From sequence record SRR20825006_183: a DNA stretch of 54,348 nucleotides, one strand, 5' to 3'. Below are positions 1-10,749 of this stretch, piece by piece. The notes beneath the pieces are model-generated. The model was given only the letters and a program-made list of their open reading frames with translations, was not told the DNA's origin and did no database searches. How positions within the stretch are numbered: position 1 is the stretch's first letter; each line of letters opens with the position of its first letter. The translations under genes and the position numbers were made by a program.

Positions 1-1677
1 ACATCCGTTAAACTCAGCTAAACCTGGAGTGTCTGGACAAAGATCATCCAAATCCTTAATTCCATCACGATCTGTGTCAGGACATCCTTTGAATTCCCAG
101 ACTCCAGGAACTACTAAACATTCATCCACATCATCAGAAACCAAATCACCATCAATATCGCTAGGGTGTACGTAAAGAATAGGAACTCGTAATCCAGCAT
201 AAACTTCTGCCCCTTTAATTTTTCCAGCGGCAAATAGCGTACGGAAGTCAGTAGTTCCAACAGTTAAAGGTCCGAGTCGTAAACCAAGTCCAGATTTAAA
301 CCCAGAATAAGTGTTGTAGGAAATTGGAAGATGTGCACCTATCCAAGCATGATCGAAGCTAGGTGTAACCGAAAACTGATTTGCGATATGAACTTGATCA
401 GATCTACGTTTAGAAGTAAGTCCAACAATTCCAGTTGCGTTTACATAGAAGTTTTTCCAAATATGGTAATCAAACTGCAAGCTTAAAGCAGTTGGAGTAT
501 TCATAAAGAATGTGTTTTTACTACTTGAGTTCGCTGTCCAACCTGCATCGTTTGTAGTTAAACTATCGATAATTGAATCGAACTGAGCGAAGTTTCCTGC
601 GTTGTTGAATACTTGTAGGTTGAATAGATTAGAAGTATTCACACTAAAGTCAGAAGTAATTTGACCTTTTTGGAATTTCATTCCTCCGATATCTAAAATC
701 GAAGCTCCTGCACGCATTTTATATTTGTTTTGATCTTTTCTCCAAATGTTTGTTTCACCATCCATGTCGTATTTGTACTCTTTCCAATCTGGGCGCCATT
801 CGTAAACAAAGCCAAGATCCAATCCAAGTCCAAATTTTGAAGCTGACTTAATACCATCTTCACCAAGATTATCGAAGTTGTTTGAGTAACCATATTCGAA
901 ATCTCCTTCAAGATATTGCGAAGTATCCGAATTGAATAGGTTGTATTTGAAGTTGTCAGTGTGAAGATATGCAGCAGCAATTCCAGAAAGCCATTTTGCT
1001 TTACCTCCTACTTTCATGAAGTGTTCTCCATCGTCCTTAATTACTTGAGAATAAACGATTCCATATTCCATCCAAGATAGATGGTTCATATTCAAAAGCT
1101 CTTCGTTGAATTGTTGGTTCCAAAGTTCAGAAACGTCCAAATCATTTTCAGCAAGTAAAGCCAATTTTGGATCGATGTCATCAATGTTTGTAATGCTTCG
1201 ACCCTTCGCGGTAAATCCAACTGCAATTTTTGGGTTGATATGGAACATGAAGTTCAATACATCCAATTGAATATTGTTGTAAAATCCAACTGATTTTTTC
1301 GAATCTATACCATAATTCCGAACGATATATCGATCAGCAAAGCTTGTGTCTGGAATAATCCAATCGTTGTTAGGGTTGGATCCTCCTGCTACGTATCCTT
1401 GTCCTCCGTTGGCTAAATTATCTTGACGAAAGGATTTTGTCCACCATTTAGGCATATTGCTTGGGTCGAAATAAGCGGCGTTTGTCCATGCTCCAACATT
1501 GAAGCTGAACAAGCTTACGTCTACTTTGAATCTCCCATCTACGAAGCTAGCAGGTTGTAGGTCTGTTCCCATAACTCCGGCATAGTTACTTCCATGAATT
1601 CCGAGATAATTTTGCGAGTTGGCCAGAAGGGAGATACCCATCACCGCTATAAGCGATAATCGTTTCATCATTTTCAT
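1..1677 (-). CDS. DUF5723-like outer-membrane protein with thrombospondin type-3 (Ca-binding) repeats, probably OmpA-family; runs off the left edge (partial, absent from ORF track)
   Basis: Manual translation of both ends: ATG at 1677 gives MKMMKRLSLIAVMGISLLANSQNYLGIHGSNYAGVMGTDLQPASF (signal peptide + Q); near base 1 the same frame reads DIDGDLVSDDVDECLVVPGVWEFKGCPDTDRDGIKDLDDLCPDTPGLAEFNGC (TSP3 DxDxDG..D.C repeats). The OmpA domain is inferred and would lie outside the window. Confidence 0.8.
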   Translation of the reverse strand, partial: MKMMKRLSLIAVMGISLLANSQNYLGIHGSNYAGVMGTDLQPASFVDGRFKVDVSLFSFNVGAWTNAAYFDPSNMPKWWTKSFRQDNLANGGQGYVAGGSNPNNDWIIPDTSFADRYIVRNYGIDSKKSVGFYNNIQLDVLNFMFHINPKIAVGFTAKGRSITNIDDIDPKLALLAENDLDVSELWNQQFNEELLNMNHLSWMEYGIVYSQVIKDDGEHFMKVGGKAKWLSGIAAAYLHTDNFKYNLFNSDTSQYLEGDFEYGYSNNFDNLGEDGIKSASKFGLGLDLGFVYEWRPDWKEYKYDMDGETNIWRKDQNKYKMRAGASILDIGGMKFQKGQITSDFSVNTSNLFNLQVFNNAGNFAQFDSIIDSLTTNDAGWTANSSSKNTFFMNTPTALSLQFDYHIWKNFYVNATGIVGLTSKRRSDQVHIANQFSVTPSFDHAWIGAHLPISYNTYSGFKSGLGLRLGPLTVGTTDFRTLFAAGKIKGAEVYAGLRVPILYVHPSDIDGDLVSDDVDECLVVPGVWEFKGCPDTDRDGIKDLDDLCPDTPGLAEFNGC

Positions 1678-1688
1678 TTTTGTAGTTT

Positions 1689-3836
1689 TTAGTTTTCAAC
1701 ATATTGAACGACGAATTGATCCACAATGGTTGTGATAATCAATCCCTCAGAGGTTTCAGAAAGTTCCAATTTTCTGCTACCTTCCATTGGTTGCTTTGAG
1801 GCAAATTCACCATTCAATTTATACAAATATACGTTATTCTCTAAACCATCTAGCACAGCGATTCTAGTTTTACCCGTATTGCCTGAGTAATAGAATATAT
1901 CCCCAATTTCATTGAACGGAAGTCGAATCTTACCAAATGGTACGCCTTCTTGATTTAAAATGTGCACGTCGTTTACGGATTGCAACAGAATTGTTGGGTT
2001 ATTTCGAGACTCTTGAACTCGCAAGAGCTTTCCATTTGGATAGGAATGAAGTTTTGTTTTAGTTCCTTTCTGATCGATTCTCGAGAAGCTTCCATCATCA
2101 AAAGCAAAATGAATTAGTTGATTAGGAATTTTTCCAGGTATAGCATACTTAGGAACGTCAAACGTACGATGTATTTTTTTGCTGCTAAATGAAAGCATGG
2201 AGAAAACGCCCGAAGTGCGGAGTCCAGCATAGAGATTACCTTGACTCGCCCAGACATTTATGCGCTCTGTCACTTTGTGGTCTACTTTATATACTGTCAG
2301 TTCTCTTCCTTTTGCATCAAATTGGTACGCTTTGTTTTCGCAAGCTACAATAAAGTAACTGTTTCCTTTCCAGCGATAAAATTTCACTTGATTTGTGGCT
2401 TCGTCTTCTAATTTAATAGGAAATCCAGTTATTTCGTCGCCGCCAAGGTTCCATGCGAAAATTTCATCTTCGGTATTGATGAGGATATGATTCTCTCCGT
2501 TGTCGTGAAGGTCAATTATTTGAATGCCGCCTATACCGCCCGACGAAACCGATTTTTTCCACGATTGCTTGCCGTTTCTAAAAAGAACAACTTCTCCTTT
2601 CTTGCCGAGGACAACCACATTCCCAGTTCCTGAGAGAACGGCGAAGTCTTCAATGTCAAAATTACACGCAAGGGCAAAGGTTTCTGGATTCGATTGCTTC
2701 TGGTCTGTTTTGACCTCAATAAGGTGCGTTTCCAGTAAGTATTTGTCATAAACAGACTTGGAAAATGTATTGTCTTTATCTACTTGGCGTTCTGAAACAG
2801 ATTTCGGAAGTCTTCCATAGATAGATTGACGAACGGATGAATTTAAGGCAACGGTACTTCCTAATTTGTAATCCGCGATAAGTTGATCGCATACGGCTTC
2901 TTTTTCAGAAATAACAACGACGTCTTCAAGGTATTTTATGTGATATCCTTTTCCTTTAGACGGGAAATTGTCAGTAAGTGGAATGGAAAAGTAAGTGACA
3001 TCAAATGATTGTTTAAGGTCATTTAAGATGAGAATAGGATCTTGACCGTCAACATAATCACACACAATTGCGTGATCACCTTTGTAGTCGAATTCCACAA
3101 AACCATGATTCATCCATTGGAACATTGGACCTTGAGCGAAGGTCGCGTCTAGCGTAGCATAATAATCGCGTTCAACGAAATGATAATTGTCAATTTTGGA
3201 AGATAAAATGGAAGCAAAAATTTCTGAATCTCGTACTTGCTTTCCTTGCGTCAAAGCACTGTCGTGTGTAATGAAGTCAATTTTGCCGTCAGATTTAAAA
3301 TAAACGTCAGTGAGCCATGCTAACGAAGATTCTTTAAAAGAAACAATAGAAGCCGACGCTCGTTCATCGAACTTAAAATCAGCAGACTTTTCACTATTCA
3401 CCTTGAAGTTTGACGGAGAAATATAGAGGTCAGTTTTGCGGTATCGTCCAACGTACGTTCCCCAAGAAAATTTACCCGCTCCAAGATGTTTGACAGGAGT
3501 TCCGCTCAAAGCAAAAAAGGCATCAACTGAAGCAGGAGACCAACCATCTTTCTGTTTTACCAATAAATGTGGTCGAAGAAAGCTGGCAAAGAGCTGGCTG
3601 TATGTCGAATCATCTAGATTTTCAATCAAGTCGTAGAACGGACTTTCGTTAAAATCTTCTATTTCACTAAGTTGAACCTCGTTGGAGCGATTAATTATTA
3701 GTACTTGTCCATCGTTTCGATCGAACAAGTAGCTCTCATTAAATTCATTTCCTGAAGTAAAGATGTCATATCCAACGATACCAATCCATATCACACTTAT
3801 TGTGACAAGTATTCCCAAAATGATTCTCTTCAGCAT
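1689..3836 (-). CDS. Conserved hypothetical membrane-anchored protein (DUF3352-like N-part, C-terminal beta-propeller-like region)
   Basis: 715 aa ORF, N-terminal TM helix, FG-GAP-like motif IIDLHDNGENHILI and GFPIKL; lies next to rnhB. Confidence 0.6.
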   Translation of the reverse strand: MLKRIILGILVTISVIWIGIVGYDIFTSGNEFNESYLFDRNDGQVLIINRSNEVQLSEIEDFNESPFYDLIENLDDSTYSQLFASFLRPHLLVKQKDGWSPASVDAFFALSGTPVKHLGAGKFSWGTYVGRYRKTDLYISPSNFKVNSEKSADFKFDERASASIVSFKESSLAWLTDVYFKSDGKIDFITHDSALTQGKQVRDSEIFASILSSKIDNYHFVERDYYATLDATFAQGPMFQWMNHGFVEFDYKGDHAIVCDYVDGQDPILILNDLKQSFDVTYFSIPLTDNFPSKGKGYHIKYLEDVVVISEKEAVCDQLIADYKLGSTVALNSSVRQSIYGRLPKSVSERQVDKDNTFSKSVYDKYLLETHLIEVKTDQKQSNPETFALACNFDIEDFAVLSGTGNVVVLGKKGEVVLFRNGKQSWKKSVSSGGIGGIQIIDLHDNGENHILINTEDEIFAWNLGGDEITGFPIKLEDEATNQVKFYRWKGNSYFIVACENKAYQFDAKGRELTVYKVDHKVTERINVWASQGNLYAGLRTSGVFSMLSFSSKKIHRTFDVPKYAIPGKIPNQLIHFAFDDGSFSRIDQKGTKTKLHSYPNGKLLRVQESRNNPTILLQSVNDVHILNQEGVPFGKIRLPFNEIGDIFYYSGNTGKTRIAVLDGLENNVYLYKLNGEFASKQPMEGSRKLELSETSEGLIITTIVDQFVVQYVEN

Positions 3837-3919
3837 TCGATAATTCTGTTTGTATCAAAAATACTCAGAATTGATGCGCAGTTGGGGCGATTTTCGAGGA
3901 GTAATGAACAAAGAAGTGT

Positions 3920-4528
3920 TTAATCGAACAGTGAGGCTTGATCTGCTCCTAAAAGTGTAAAACTCTGTCTGTGATAGCTACAATCACCAAATTGGGCAAT
4001 GGCTTTCCGATGCGCCTGTGTTGGATAACCTTTATTTTTTTTCCAATCGTAAAAAGGATATTCCAAATGGATTTTTTCCATGTATTCGTCTCGATATGTT
4101 TTTGCCAAAACGGATGCCGCGGCGATTGAAAGATATTTTCCATCTCCTTTAATGATGCAGTCGTGCGAAATCTCGGGGTAGGGGTTAAAGCGATTTCCAT
4201 CAATAATTAGATGGTTTGGTTTAGTTTTTAATTGATCAATTGCTCTGTGCATTGCCGTAAAGCTTGCGTTCAAAATATTGATCTGATCAATTTCCTGTTC
4301 GTGAACGAATGCGACGCCATACGCGATTGCCTCAGCTTCGATAATTGGACGAAGGAGATCTCTTTTTTTTTCGCTGAGTTTTTTGGAGTCATTCAACATA
4401 GGGTGATGAAAATCAGGTGGAAGGATCACAGCAGCGGCTACTACTGGGCCAGCTAGACATCCACGACCTGCTTCATCGCACCCAGCTTCGATGGTATTTA
4501 TAGAGTGAAAAGATAAAAGAGTTGTCAT
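3920..4528 (-). CDS. rnhB: Ribonuclease HII
   Basis: [44 protein letters not shown] motifs; likely start ATG 4528 (MTTLLSF). Confidence 0.97.
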   Translation of the reverse strand: MTTLLSFHSINTIEAGCDEAGRGCLAGPVVAAAVILPPDFHHPMLNDSKKLSEKKRDLLRPIIEAEAIAYGVAFVHEQEIDQINILNASFTAMHRAIDQLKTKPNHLIIDGNRFNPYPEISHDCIIKGDGKYLSIAAASVLAKTYRDEYMEKIHLEYPFYDWKKNKGYPTQAHRKAIAQFGDCSYHRQSFTLLGADQASLFD

Positions 4529-4620
4529 AAAATATAAAGTTGGCAAAAAAATTGTAAGTTTAATCTGAAACAACAAACAACTTTTAGACAGTTTTACTCG
4601 TCTATCAAAAAAAACAAACT

Positions 4621-4995
4621 ATGAAAACGCTATTTTTTACATTAATCGTTCTAAGCAGTTTTTCGCTAAGTTCTTTTGCTCAAATGGATGCTACGGTTGC
4701 TAAATCAAACGGGCAGTCTGCACTTGAGAAAAGTAAAGTAGATGGGATTTATGAGTTCACTATGCCGACTCAACTTACTTCAGAAGATATTGCTCAAAGC
4801 GCAAAATATTACGTTCATTATTTCTCGGTAAATTTTGACGAGGCTTCACATAAAGTGGTAATTACCATGATAGAGAATGAAGCGAAGAATCGAATAATCA
4901 TTATGAGATTTTTGGTAGCCTCTAAGGTTGAAACGGTTTTAGTTGACGGATCGGAAATTTCGGTGCACGACTTTAAAAGTAGCTACCTAGAGTGA
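4621..4995 (+). CDS. Hypothetical secreted protein
   Basis: 124 aa, signal peptide ending SFA-Q, followed by a terminator. Confidence 0.75.
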   Translation: MKTLFFTLIVLSSFSLSSFAQMDATVAKSNGQSALEKSKVDGIYEFTMPTQLTSEDIAQSAKYYVHYFSVNFDEASHKVVITMIENEAKNRIIIMRFLVASKVETVLVDGSEISVHDFKSSYLE

Positions 4996-5024
4996 TTTAG
5001 ATTAGAAAAGAAAAGACTAGATAG

Positions 5025-5053
5025 AACCCAATTCGTTTGAATTGGGTTTTTTT
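5025..5053 (+). terminator. Intrinsic terminator
   Basis: aacccaattc-gttt-gaattgggtt followed by a T-run. Confidence 0.8.
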
Positions 5054-5115
5054 ATGAAGCTCATTCTTTGGGAACTAATGAGTTATTGTGATATTTGTGC
5101 AAAAATCAAAAACTA

Positions 5116-5616
5116 ATGAAAGCGTTAATAATCATTTTTTCAATTACACTTGGACTTGGTTCATGTGCAACTTCTGATAAAGCTTCAGGAGATACAGGAA
5201 GTAAATCAAGTGTTGATTTAGGAAAGAACTACGGACCAGCAAAAGTAGACCCAAAGTCGGCTGTTACTGCTGCTGAGATGCTGAAAACTCAAGACAACTC
5301 AGAGAAAGCTAAAGAGTATACTTTCGAAGGGACAATTACAGAAGTTTGTTCTAAGGCTGGTTGCTGGGTAAATGTTGAAACGGAGAATGGAGAAACGTTC
5401 ATGGTTCGTTTTAAGGATCATTTCACGATTCCTACGGATACGAAGCCTGGTACTAAAGCTTACTTTCACGGTGAAGCGAAGCAAGACGTAATTTCTGTAG
5501 ACATGCTTAGACATTTTGCAGAAGATGCTGGGAAAAGTCCAGAAGAAATTGAAAAAATTACTGAGCCTAAAAAAGAGATTAGCTTTAGCGCTGATGGAAT
5601 TGTTTTAGCGAAGTAA
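5116..5616 (+). CDS. DUF4920 family lipoprotein (OB-fold)
   Basis: Lipobox LGSC; EVCSKAGCW and VRFKDHF..P motifs; start ATG 5116. Confidence 0.85.
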   Translation: MKALIIIFSITLGLGSCATSDKASGDTGSKSSVDLGKNYGPAKVDPKSAVTAAEMLKTQDNSEKAKEYTFEGTITEVCSKAGCWVNVETENGETFMVRFKDHFTIPTDTKPGTKAYFHGEAKQDVISVDMLRHFAEDAGKSPEEIEKITEPKKEISFSADGIVLAK

Positions 5617-5640
5617 TCAAATAGATTTATCCTATAAAGG

Positions 5641-5674
5641 AAAATAGGCTGCCTGAAGAGACAGCCTATTTTTT
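5641..5674. terminator. Bidirectional intrinsic terminator
   Basis: aaaataggctg...cagcctatttt between convergent genes. Confidence 0.85.
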
Positions 5675-5690
5675 GTTTCAAACGTTGAGA

Positions 5691-7481
5691 TTAGTAACAG
5701 TATTTATTTGCTTCAATTATTTTAGAGGCAATCAACTGACGTGCTTCTTTCGGGTTGAATGCTTCTGTTTTTGTGAAGCGTTTCAGTCCCATAGTCATCA
5801 TTCTTAATTCATCTCCTTCTGCAAAAGAATTAATCGCATCTTTCCCTGACTTGTTGATTTTGTCCGCAACATCGTAGAAATAAGTCTTCACAATAGCAAT
5901 TTGTGCTGCCGCTGCTTCCTCACCATTTTGAGAGATCATCTTTTCAACACGAAGTAATGAAGATTCTGCCAAGTACGTCCAAATAGCAATATCTGCAATG
6001 TTCATGAGTATTTCTTGTTCTTTAGACATTGTTTGCATCAGTTTTTGAACAGCTGATCCTGCAACCATCAAAAGGGTCTTTTTGAATCCTTGAAGGTACA
6101 CTTTCTCATTTCCGAGAGGTCCAGTTGGTTTTTCTGTCATCTCTGGAATACTCATTAATTCTCCCGCTACTTTCATCGCTGGTCCCATAAGGTCTAATTC
6201 TCCCTTCATGGCTCTGCGAAGCACCATGTCCACAGTTAACAAGCGATTTATTTCATTCGTTCCTTCAAAAATTCGGTTAATTCTCGAATCGCGGTAACCT
6301 CTTTCAACGGATGATTCTGCAGAGAAGCCCATTCCTCCAAAAATTTGAACTCCTTCGTCAGCAACATAATCGAGAGCTTCGGAACCGGCAACTTTAACGA
6401 TGGCGCATTCTGGTGCGAATAATTCAATTCCTTTTAAGGTCGCTTTTCCTTTTTCCATTCCTTCGGAAACAAGTCCGTTAATGGCGTCTTCAATGTTTTG
6501 TCCAGCACGATATGTAGCAGATTCAACGGCGAAAATGCGAATGGCTTGTTCCGCTAACTTGTAACGAATTGCACCATATTTGGAAATGACACGTCCGAAT
6601 TGTTCGCGTTCATTAGCATACTTAACTGATGCGGTAGCTGTTTGCTTTGCTCCACCAATTACTCCAGCACCGAGTTTTATTCTTCCGATATTGAGAATGT
6701 TCAAAGCGATTTTGAATCCATTTTCTCGCTCGGATAACATATTCTCTACAGGAACTTTTACATTATTAAAGAAGATTTGTCGGGTTGAAGATCCTTTGAT
6801 CCCCATTTTTTTCTCTTCTGGATTTAAAGAAATTCCTTCGCTGTTGGCTTCAATTATGAATGCTGTAAGTTTATCGTCGTCGTCGATTTTCGCAAACACG
6901 GTTAATAAGTCTGCAAATCCCGCATTGGTGATCCACATCTTTTGACCGTTAATTATATAGTGCTTTCCATCTTCGGTGAGGATGGCTTTCGTTTTTCCTG
7001 AATTTGCATCCGACCCAGAGTTTGGTTCAGTGAGGCAGTATGCCGCTTTCCATTCGCCAGAGGCCAATTTGGGAATGTATTTTTTTCGCTGCTCGTCATT
7101 TCCATAGTAAAGGATAGGCAGCGTTCCAATTCCTGTGTGCGCACCATAAGCTACCGAAAATGAATGTCCAGCGCCAAGTCGCTCTGTGGCTAAAAGGGAA
7201 GTTTTAAAATCAACTCCCAATCCTCCTAAATCTTCTGGAACAGACATCCCAAGTAAACCAAGTTCACCTGCTTTTTCCATGATTGATTGCATTAAGCCAT
7301 CTTCCATGTTATCGATGCGTTCTATATTGGGTTCTACTTCGGAACGAATGAAATCGTCGCACATGGACGCGATCATTTGTTGCTCCTCTGACCAGTTTTC
7401 AGGGATAAATATTTCGGAAGAATCTGTGTCTCTGATGATGAATTCGCCTCCTTTTATTGGCTTCAAAGGTTTCTCTGACAT
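5691..7481 (-). CDS. Acyl-CoA dehydrogenase (long ACAD9/VLCAD-like form)
   Basis: YCLTEPNSGSDA, NGQKMWITNA, QIFGGMGF, RIFEGTNEI motifs; 596 aa. Confidence 0.95.
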   Translation of the reverse strand: MSEKPLKPIKGGEFIIRDTDSSEIFIPENWSEEQQMIASMCDDFIRSEVEPNIERIDNMEDGLMQSIMEKAGELGLLGMSVPEDLGGLGVDFKTSLLATERLGAGHSFSVAYGAHTGIGTLPILYYGNDEQRKKYIPKLASGEWKAAYCLTEPNSGSDANSGKTKAILTEDGKHYIINGQKMWITNAGFADLLTVFAKIDDDDKLTAFIIEANSEGISLNPEEKKMGIKGSSTRQIFFNNVKVPVENMLSERENGFKIALNILNIGRIKLGAGVIGGAKQTATASVKYANEREQFGRVISKYGAIRYKLAEQAIRIFAVESATYRAGQNIEDAINGLVSEGMEKGKATLKGIELFAPECAIVKVAGSEALDYVADEGVQIFGGMGFSAESSVERGYRDSRINRIFEGTNEINRLLTVDMVLRRAMKGELDLMGPAMKVAGELMSIPEMTEKPTGPLGNEKVYLQGFKKTLLMVAGSAVQKLMQTMSKEQEILMNIADIAIWTYLAESSLLRVEKMISQNGEEAAAAQIAIVKTYFYDVADKINKSGKDAINSFAEGDELRMMTMGLKRFTKTEAFNPKEARQLIASKIIEANKYCY

Positions 7482-7513
7482 ATATATTAGTTGTTGAATA
7501 AATATTATTATCT

Positions 7514-7553
7514 CGAATTTACGAAAAAAGATTAATATTATGCATGCATATCA
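7514..7553 (-). promoter_or_regulatory. Promoter -7 element (TAAATTCG) plus palindromic putative MarR operator TATTATGCATGCATATCA
   Basis: Palindrome 7536-7553 (core TATGCATGCATA) resembles the palindrome upstream of marR and has the same spacing to the -7 box. Confidence 0.65.
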
Positions 7554-7614
7554 AATGTTTTTAAATAGAATCCTCTTTGTAAATTTAAGAGATAAATTTT
7601 TTGATTCCGAAAAT

Positions 7615-8628
7615 ATGAAACGAGAGGTGTTAATTGGATTGATTATTAGTTTGTTGTGTTCTTTCTTGAATGCGCAGACGGATGATTTTGAGCGTATAAA
7701 TGGTCTGAGTTTAGTTTCTGAGAATCGAGTGTTGGATTCATCTGAAGTATTGCCAATACAGGAAATTGGGGCGAATTGGGCTGCAGTTATTCCTTTTGGT
7801 TTCATGGAAAACCCGTCTCTTCCTCGTTTGGTGTTTAACGGAAAGTGGCAATGGTTTGGGGAAAGAATAGAAGGTGTTAAAGAAGCGATTAAGGTTTTGC
7901 ATGAAAAGGAAATTTCAGTGATGTTGAAGCCGCAATTATGGGTGTCTCATGGTGTGTATACGGGAGAAATAAAAATGAATTCCGAGGCAGACTGGAAAAA
8001 GTTGGAAGCAAATTATAGAATTTTCATTTTAGCTTTTGCAGATGTAGCTCAAAAGGAAAATGTGGAGATGTTGTGTATTGGAACAGAAATGAAGCATTTT
8101 GTGGAGCAACGACCTACTTTTTGGGGAGATTTGATTTCAGAAATTCGATCGAAGTATTCAGGGAAATTAACCTATGCTGCAAATTGGGACGATTACAAGA
8201 ATGTTTCTTTTTGGGGCGAGCTCGATTATATAGGAGTGGATGCCTATTTCCCGATTTCATCAGCTACCAGTCCGTCTTTAGATGAGTTAAGAACTGGTTG
8301 GAAAAACTGGATTACAGAAATGGACTCGATACGAGACAGGTTTGAAAAGCCGCTGTTATTCACAGAATTTGGATACCGAAGCATAAAAAAATGCGCGCAA
8401 GAACCATGGGATTATTCTTCAGAATCTGAAATTGATCACGAAGCACAATCTATGGCACTTAGAGCATTGTTTCTAGAAATGTGGAATCGACCTAACTTTG
8501 CAGGTGGATTCTTGTGGAAATGGCATCCCGACCATGCTAATGCTGGCGGAGAGGAGAATTCAACGTTTACAGTTCAAAATAAGAAATCTCAAGAGGTAGT
8601 TAAGGAATTTTACCGAAAGGACGAATAG
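7615..8628 (+). CDS. Glycoside hydrolase family 113-like secreted protein
   Basis: VMLKPQ, CIGTE, TYAANW, IGVDAYFP, LFTEFGYRS, GGFLWKW motifs; signal peptide from ATG 7615. Confidence 0.85.
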   Translation: MKREVLIGLIISLLCSFLNAQTDDFERINGLSLVSENRVLDSSEVLPIQEIGANWAAVIPFGFMENPSLPRLVFNGKWQWFGERIEGVKEAIKVLHEKEISVMLKPQLWVSHGVYTGEIKMNSEADWKKLEANYRIFILAFADVAQKENVEMLCIGTEMKHFVEQRPTFWGDLISEIRSKYSGKLTYAANWDDYKNVSFWGELDYIGVDAYFPISSATSPSLDELRTGWKNWITEMDSIRDRFEKPLLFTEFGYRSIKKCAQEPWDYSSESEIDHEAQSMALRALFLEMWNRPNFAGGFLWKWHPDHANAGGEENSTFTVQNKKSQEVVKEFYRKDE

Positions 8629-8636
8629 CTTACAAC

Positions 8637-9731
8637 TCACTGCTTTTCTAATACCAATTCTGAAAGATTGTCGGCGTTTGGATTCATCCCTAGTTTCTTT
8701 AATTGTCTCAGATGCGCTTTTATAGCTGAGTAAAAAGAAGTGTGTTGTCTATAATCAATCCCAAATTCCTTAGACGTTGCTTCCACAATTTTTGTTAGTT
8801 CTGGATAATGGATGTGACAGATATCCGACCTCAAGTGATGAATTACGTGCTGATTTAACCCTCCGAAAAACCAATTAGCTACAGGACGATGGGTCGAATA
8901 ATCGGCAGTTGTACTAATAACATGGTAAGTGTGATGAGAGTATTGATCGTTACTCGTCGGATACGTAGTCGTGTCTGCAATATGCGTTACCTGAAAAGTG
9001 AAAGACATCACAATTCCTATCATGAAAAGACCAGAGAGAAATGCAAGAAAAACGGAATACCAAGGAAATTCAAAGTAATAGCAGGGTATAATGAACATAT
9101 ACGTTAGGTAGGCAAATTTTCCAGTGAACAATTTTACCCATTCCGAGATTGGATGTTTAATATTCTTGATATGCGGATGGTTTTTTGAAAAGAAATATTT
9201 ATAGTCTTTGACGAAAAAATAGTAGGGTAAGTAGAGTCCGTAAAGCACAAACGAATAGAGGTGTTGGTAGCGATAAATGGGCTTCCATTTTGCACTCGTT
9301 GAGAGTCGGAAAAAACCAGCAGTAGCAAGGGAAGCATCTTCGCCGTCAATGTTTAGGCAAGCATGATGTCCTTTGTGATGCATATAACGCCACATGTACG
9401 TATTCACCCCGAGAAGATCATACGAGTATGCCCAAAATCGATTCACTTTTCGCTTTTTTGAAAGTGCTTCATGCAGGGCGTCGTGACCAACGTTAAATGA
9501 AAAGAAAATGTGACTGAAAGAATGAAAAAGATACAAGCCCAAAAAGCTCCAAAAGTTAAAGCTGAATAAAAAAATAAGTACGTATGATCCGATCCACCAA
9601 ACTAAGCCAGTAATTATTTTGACATTCATTTGCGTATTCGTCTTATGGGAAGAATTGTTGTCCGTGAAATAAACGTTTATTCGGTTGTGCAGAGTGTCAA
9701 CAAACAAGTCTGTTTTATCTTGTGGTTTCAT
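8637..9731 (-). CDS. Membrane fatty acid (acyl-CoA) desaturase
   Basis: Three His boxes HDALH, HHKGHH, HVIHH; GGLN motif; TM segments. Confidence 0.92.
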   Translation of the reverse strand: MKPQDKTDLFVDTLHNRINVYFTDNNSSHKTNTQMNVKIITGLVWWIGSYVLIFLFSFNFWSFLGLYLFHSFSHIFFSFNVGHDALHEALSKKRKVNRFWAYSYDLLGVNTYMWRYMHHKGHHACLNIDGEDASLATAGFFRLSTSAKWKPIYRYQHLYSFVLYGLYLPYYFFVKDYKYFFSKNHPHIKNIKHPISEWVKLFTGKFAYLTYMFIIPCYYFEFPWYSVFLAFLSGLFMIGIVMSFTFQVTHIADTTTYPTSNDQYSHHTYHVISTTADYSTHRPVANWFFGGLNQHVIHHLRSDICHIHYPELTKIVEATSKEFGIDYRQHTSFYSAIKAHLRQLKKLGMNPNADNLSELVLEKQ

Positions 9732-9895
9732 TGGTTGCGAATAATGGTTGACTTAAATATAAGGATTTAGACGCAGATGACGTTACCAGCACCATTTTTT
9801 TTCTTGGTGAATTCACTAATAATAAGGGGGTTGAATGCTAGATTAGCAGTTGTTTAAACCTTTTCAACTCAGTCGCTGTTGTTTATTCTAAGCGG

Positions 9896-10588
9896 TTAGG
9901 AGCGGATCAATTTCGCGTAAAGTGGCCTCAACTTTTTTGAAGGATACCCACATTTGAACAGTAAAAGAACTAACAAATTGGAGAGGTTCACGCGAACATA
10001 AGAGTTCTTATTGTATTTCCGAGCTGAGATGGTGAGTGGATTTTGGACGATTGTGAAATCTACTTTGTTTTTCTTCATTCGTTTGTAAAACTCAAAATCT
10101 TCCATGAATACTTGATCATTACTGAATTTTCCTAATCGTTCGAACACTTCTCGCTTGATAAATAAACATTGATCTCCTCCTCCAGTAAAAATCCCTTTTT
10201 TATAGGTTGTAGAGGCATTGACTCTCAAGAGAAATCGATCTTTGTCGAATTGATAAGAAAAGAAACCAGCATCAAATTTTCCTGAAAGTGCTTCTGTGAT
10301 ATCTTCGAAAAAAGTAACTGGTGGACGAGCATCTGCATGTAAAAAGGCAAAAATTGTTCCCTCTGCAACGAGTGTTGCTTCATTCATCTGAGGAGCTCGT
10401 GCGTCACTCACGCATTGGACGAATTTAACGTGCTCGGAATGTGGAATGGTTGAATAATCTTCTCGGCAAGATTTCGCGCATGAAACAATGACTTCAAATG
10501 GGTGTGCAGTCGCGATTTTTTCCAAATAGGGAAGCAATTGAGAGATGTTCTCCTTTTCGTTGCGCACTGGAATAATCACTGAAATCAT
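9896..10588 (-). CDS. Glycosyltransferase family 2 (TIGR04283-like)
   Basis: ISVIIP, FLHAD, GDQCLF, MED, ISARKY motifs. Confidence 0.85.
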   Translation of the reverse strand: MISVIIPVRNEKENISQLLPYLEKIATAHPFEVIVSCAKSCREDYSTIPHSEHVKFVQCVSDARAPQMNEATLVAEGTIFAFLHADARPPVTFFEDITEALSGKFDAGFFSYQFDKDRFLLRVNASTTYKKGIFTGGGDQCLFIKREVFERLGKFSNDQVFMEDFEFYKRMKKNKVDFTIVQNPLTISARKYNKNSYVRVNLSNLLVLLLFKCGYPSKKLRPLYAKLIRS

Positions 10589-10749
10589 ATATTTTATTTC
10601 TTGTTACAATCGGTCACTGAATTGACTAATTTTAGTTTGTATACATCTATATACGAATTTGAAGCGTATATGGATTTAGGAATTTGATACTTTTTCGTCT
10701 AAATCTTGAAATAAGATAGTTAGAAAGATTGAGTAATTTAAAATAACAG

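Noticed and set aside
693-980. 95-aa minus-strand ORF
   Set aside because: Alternative frame inside the real 1-1677 gene.
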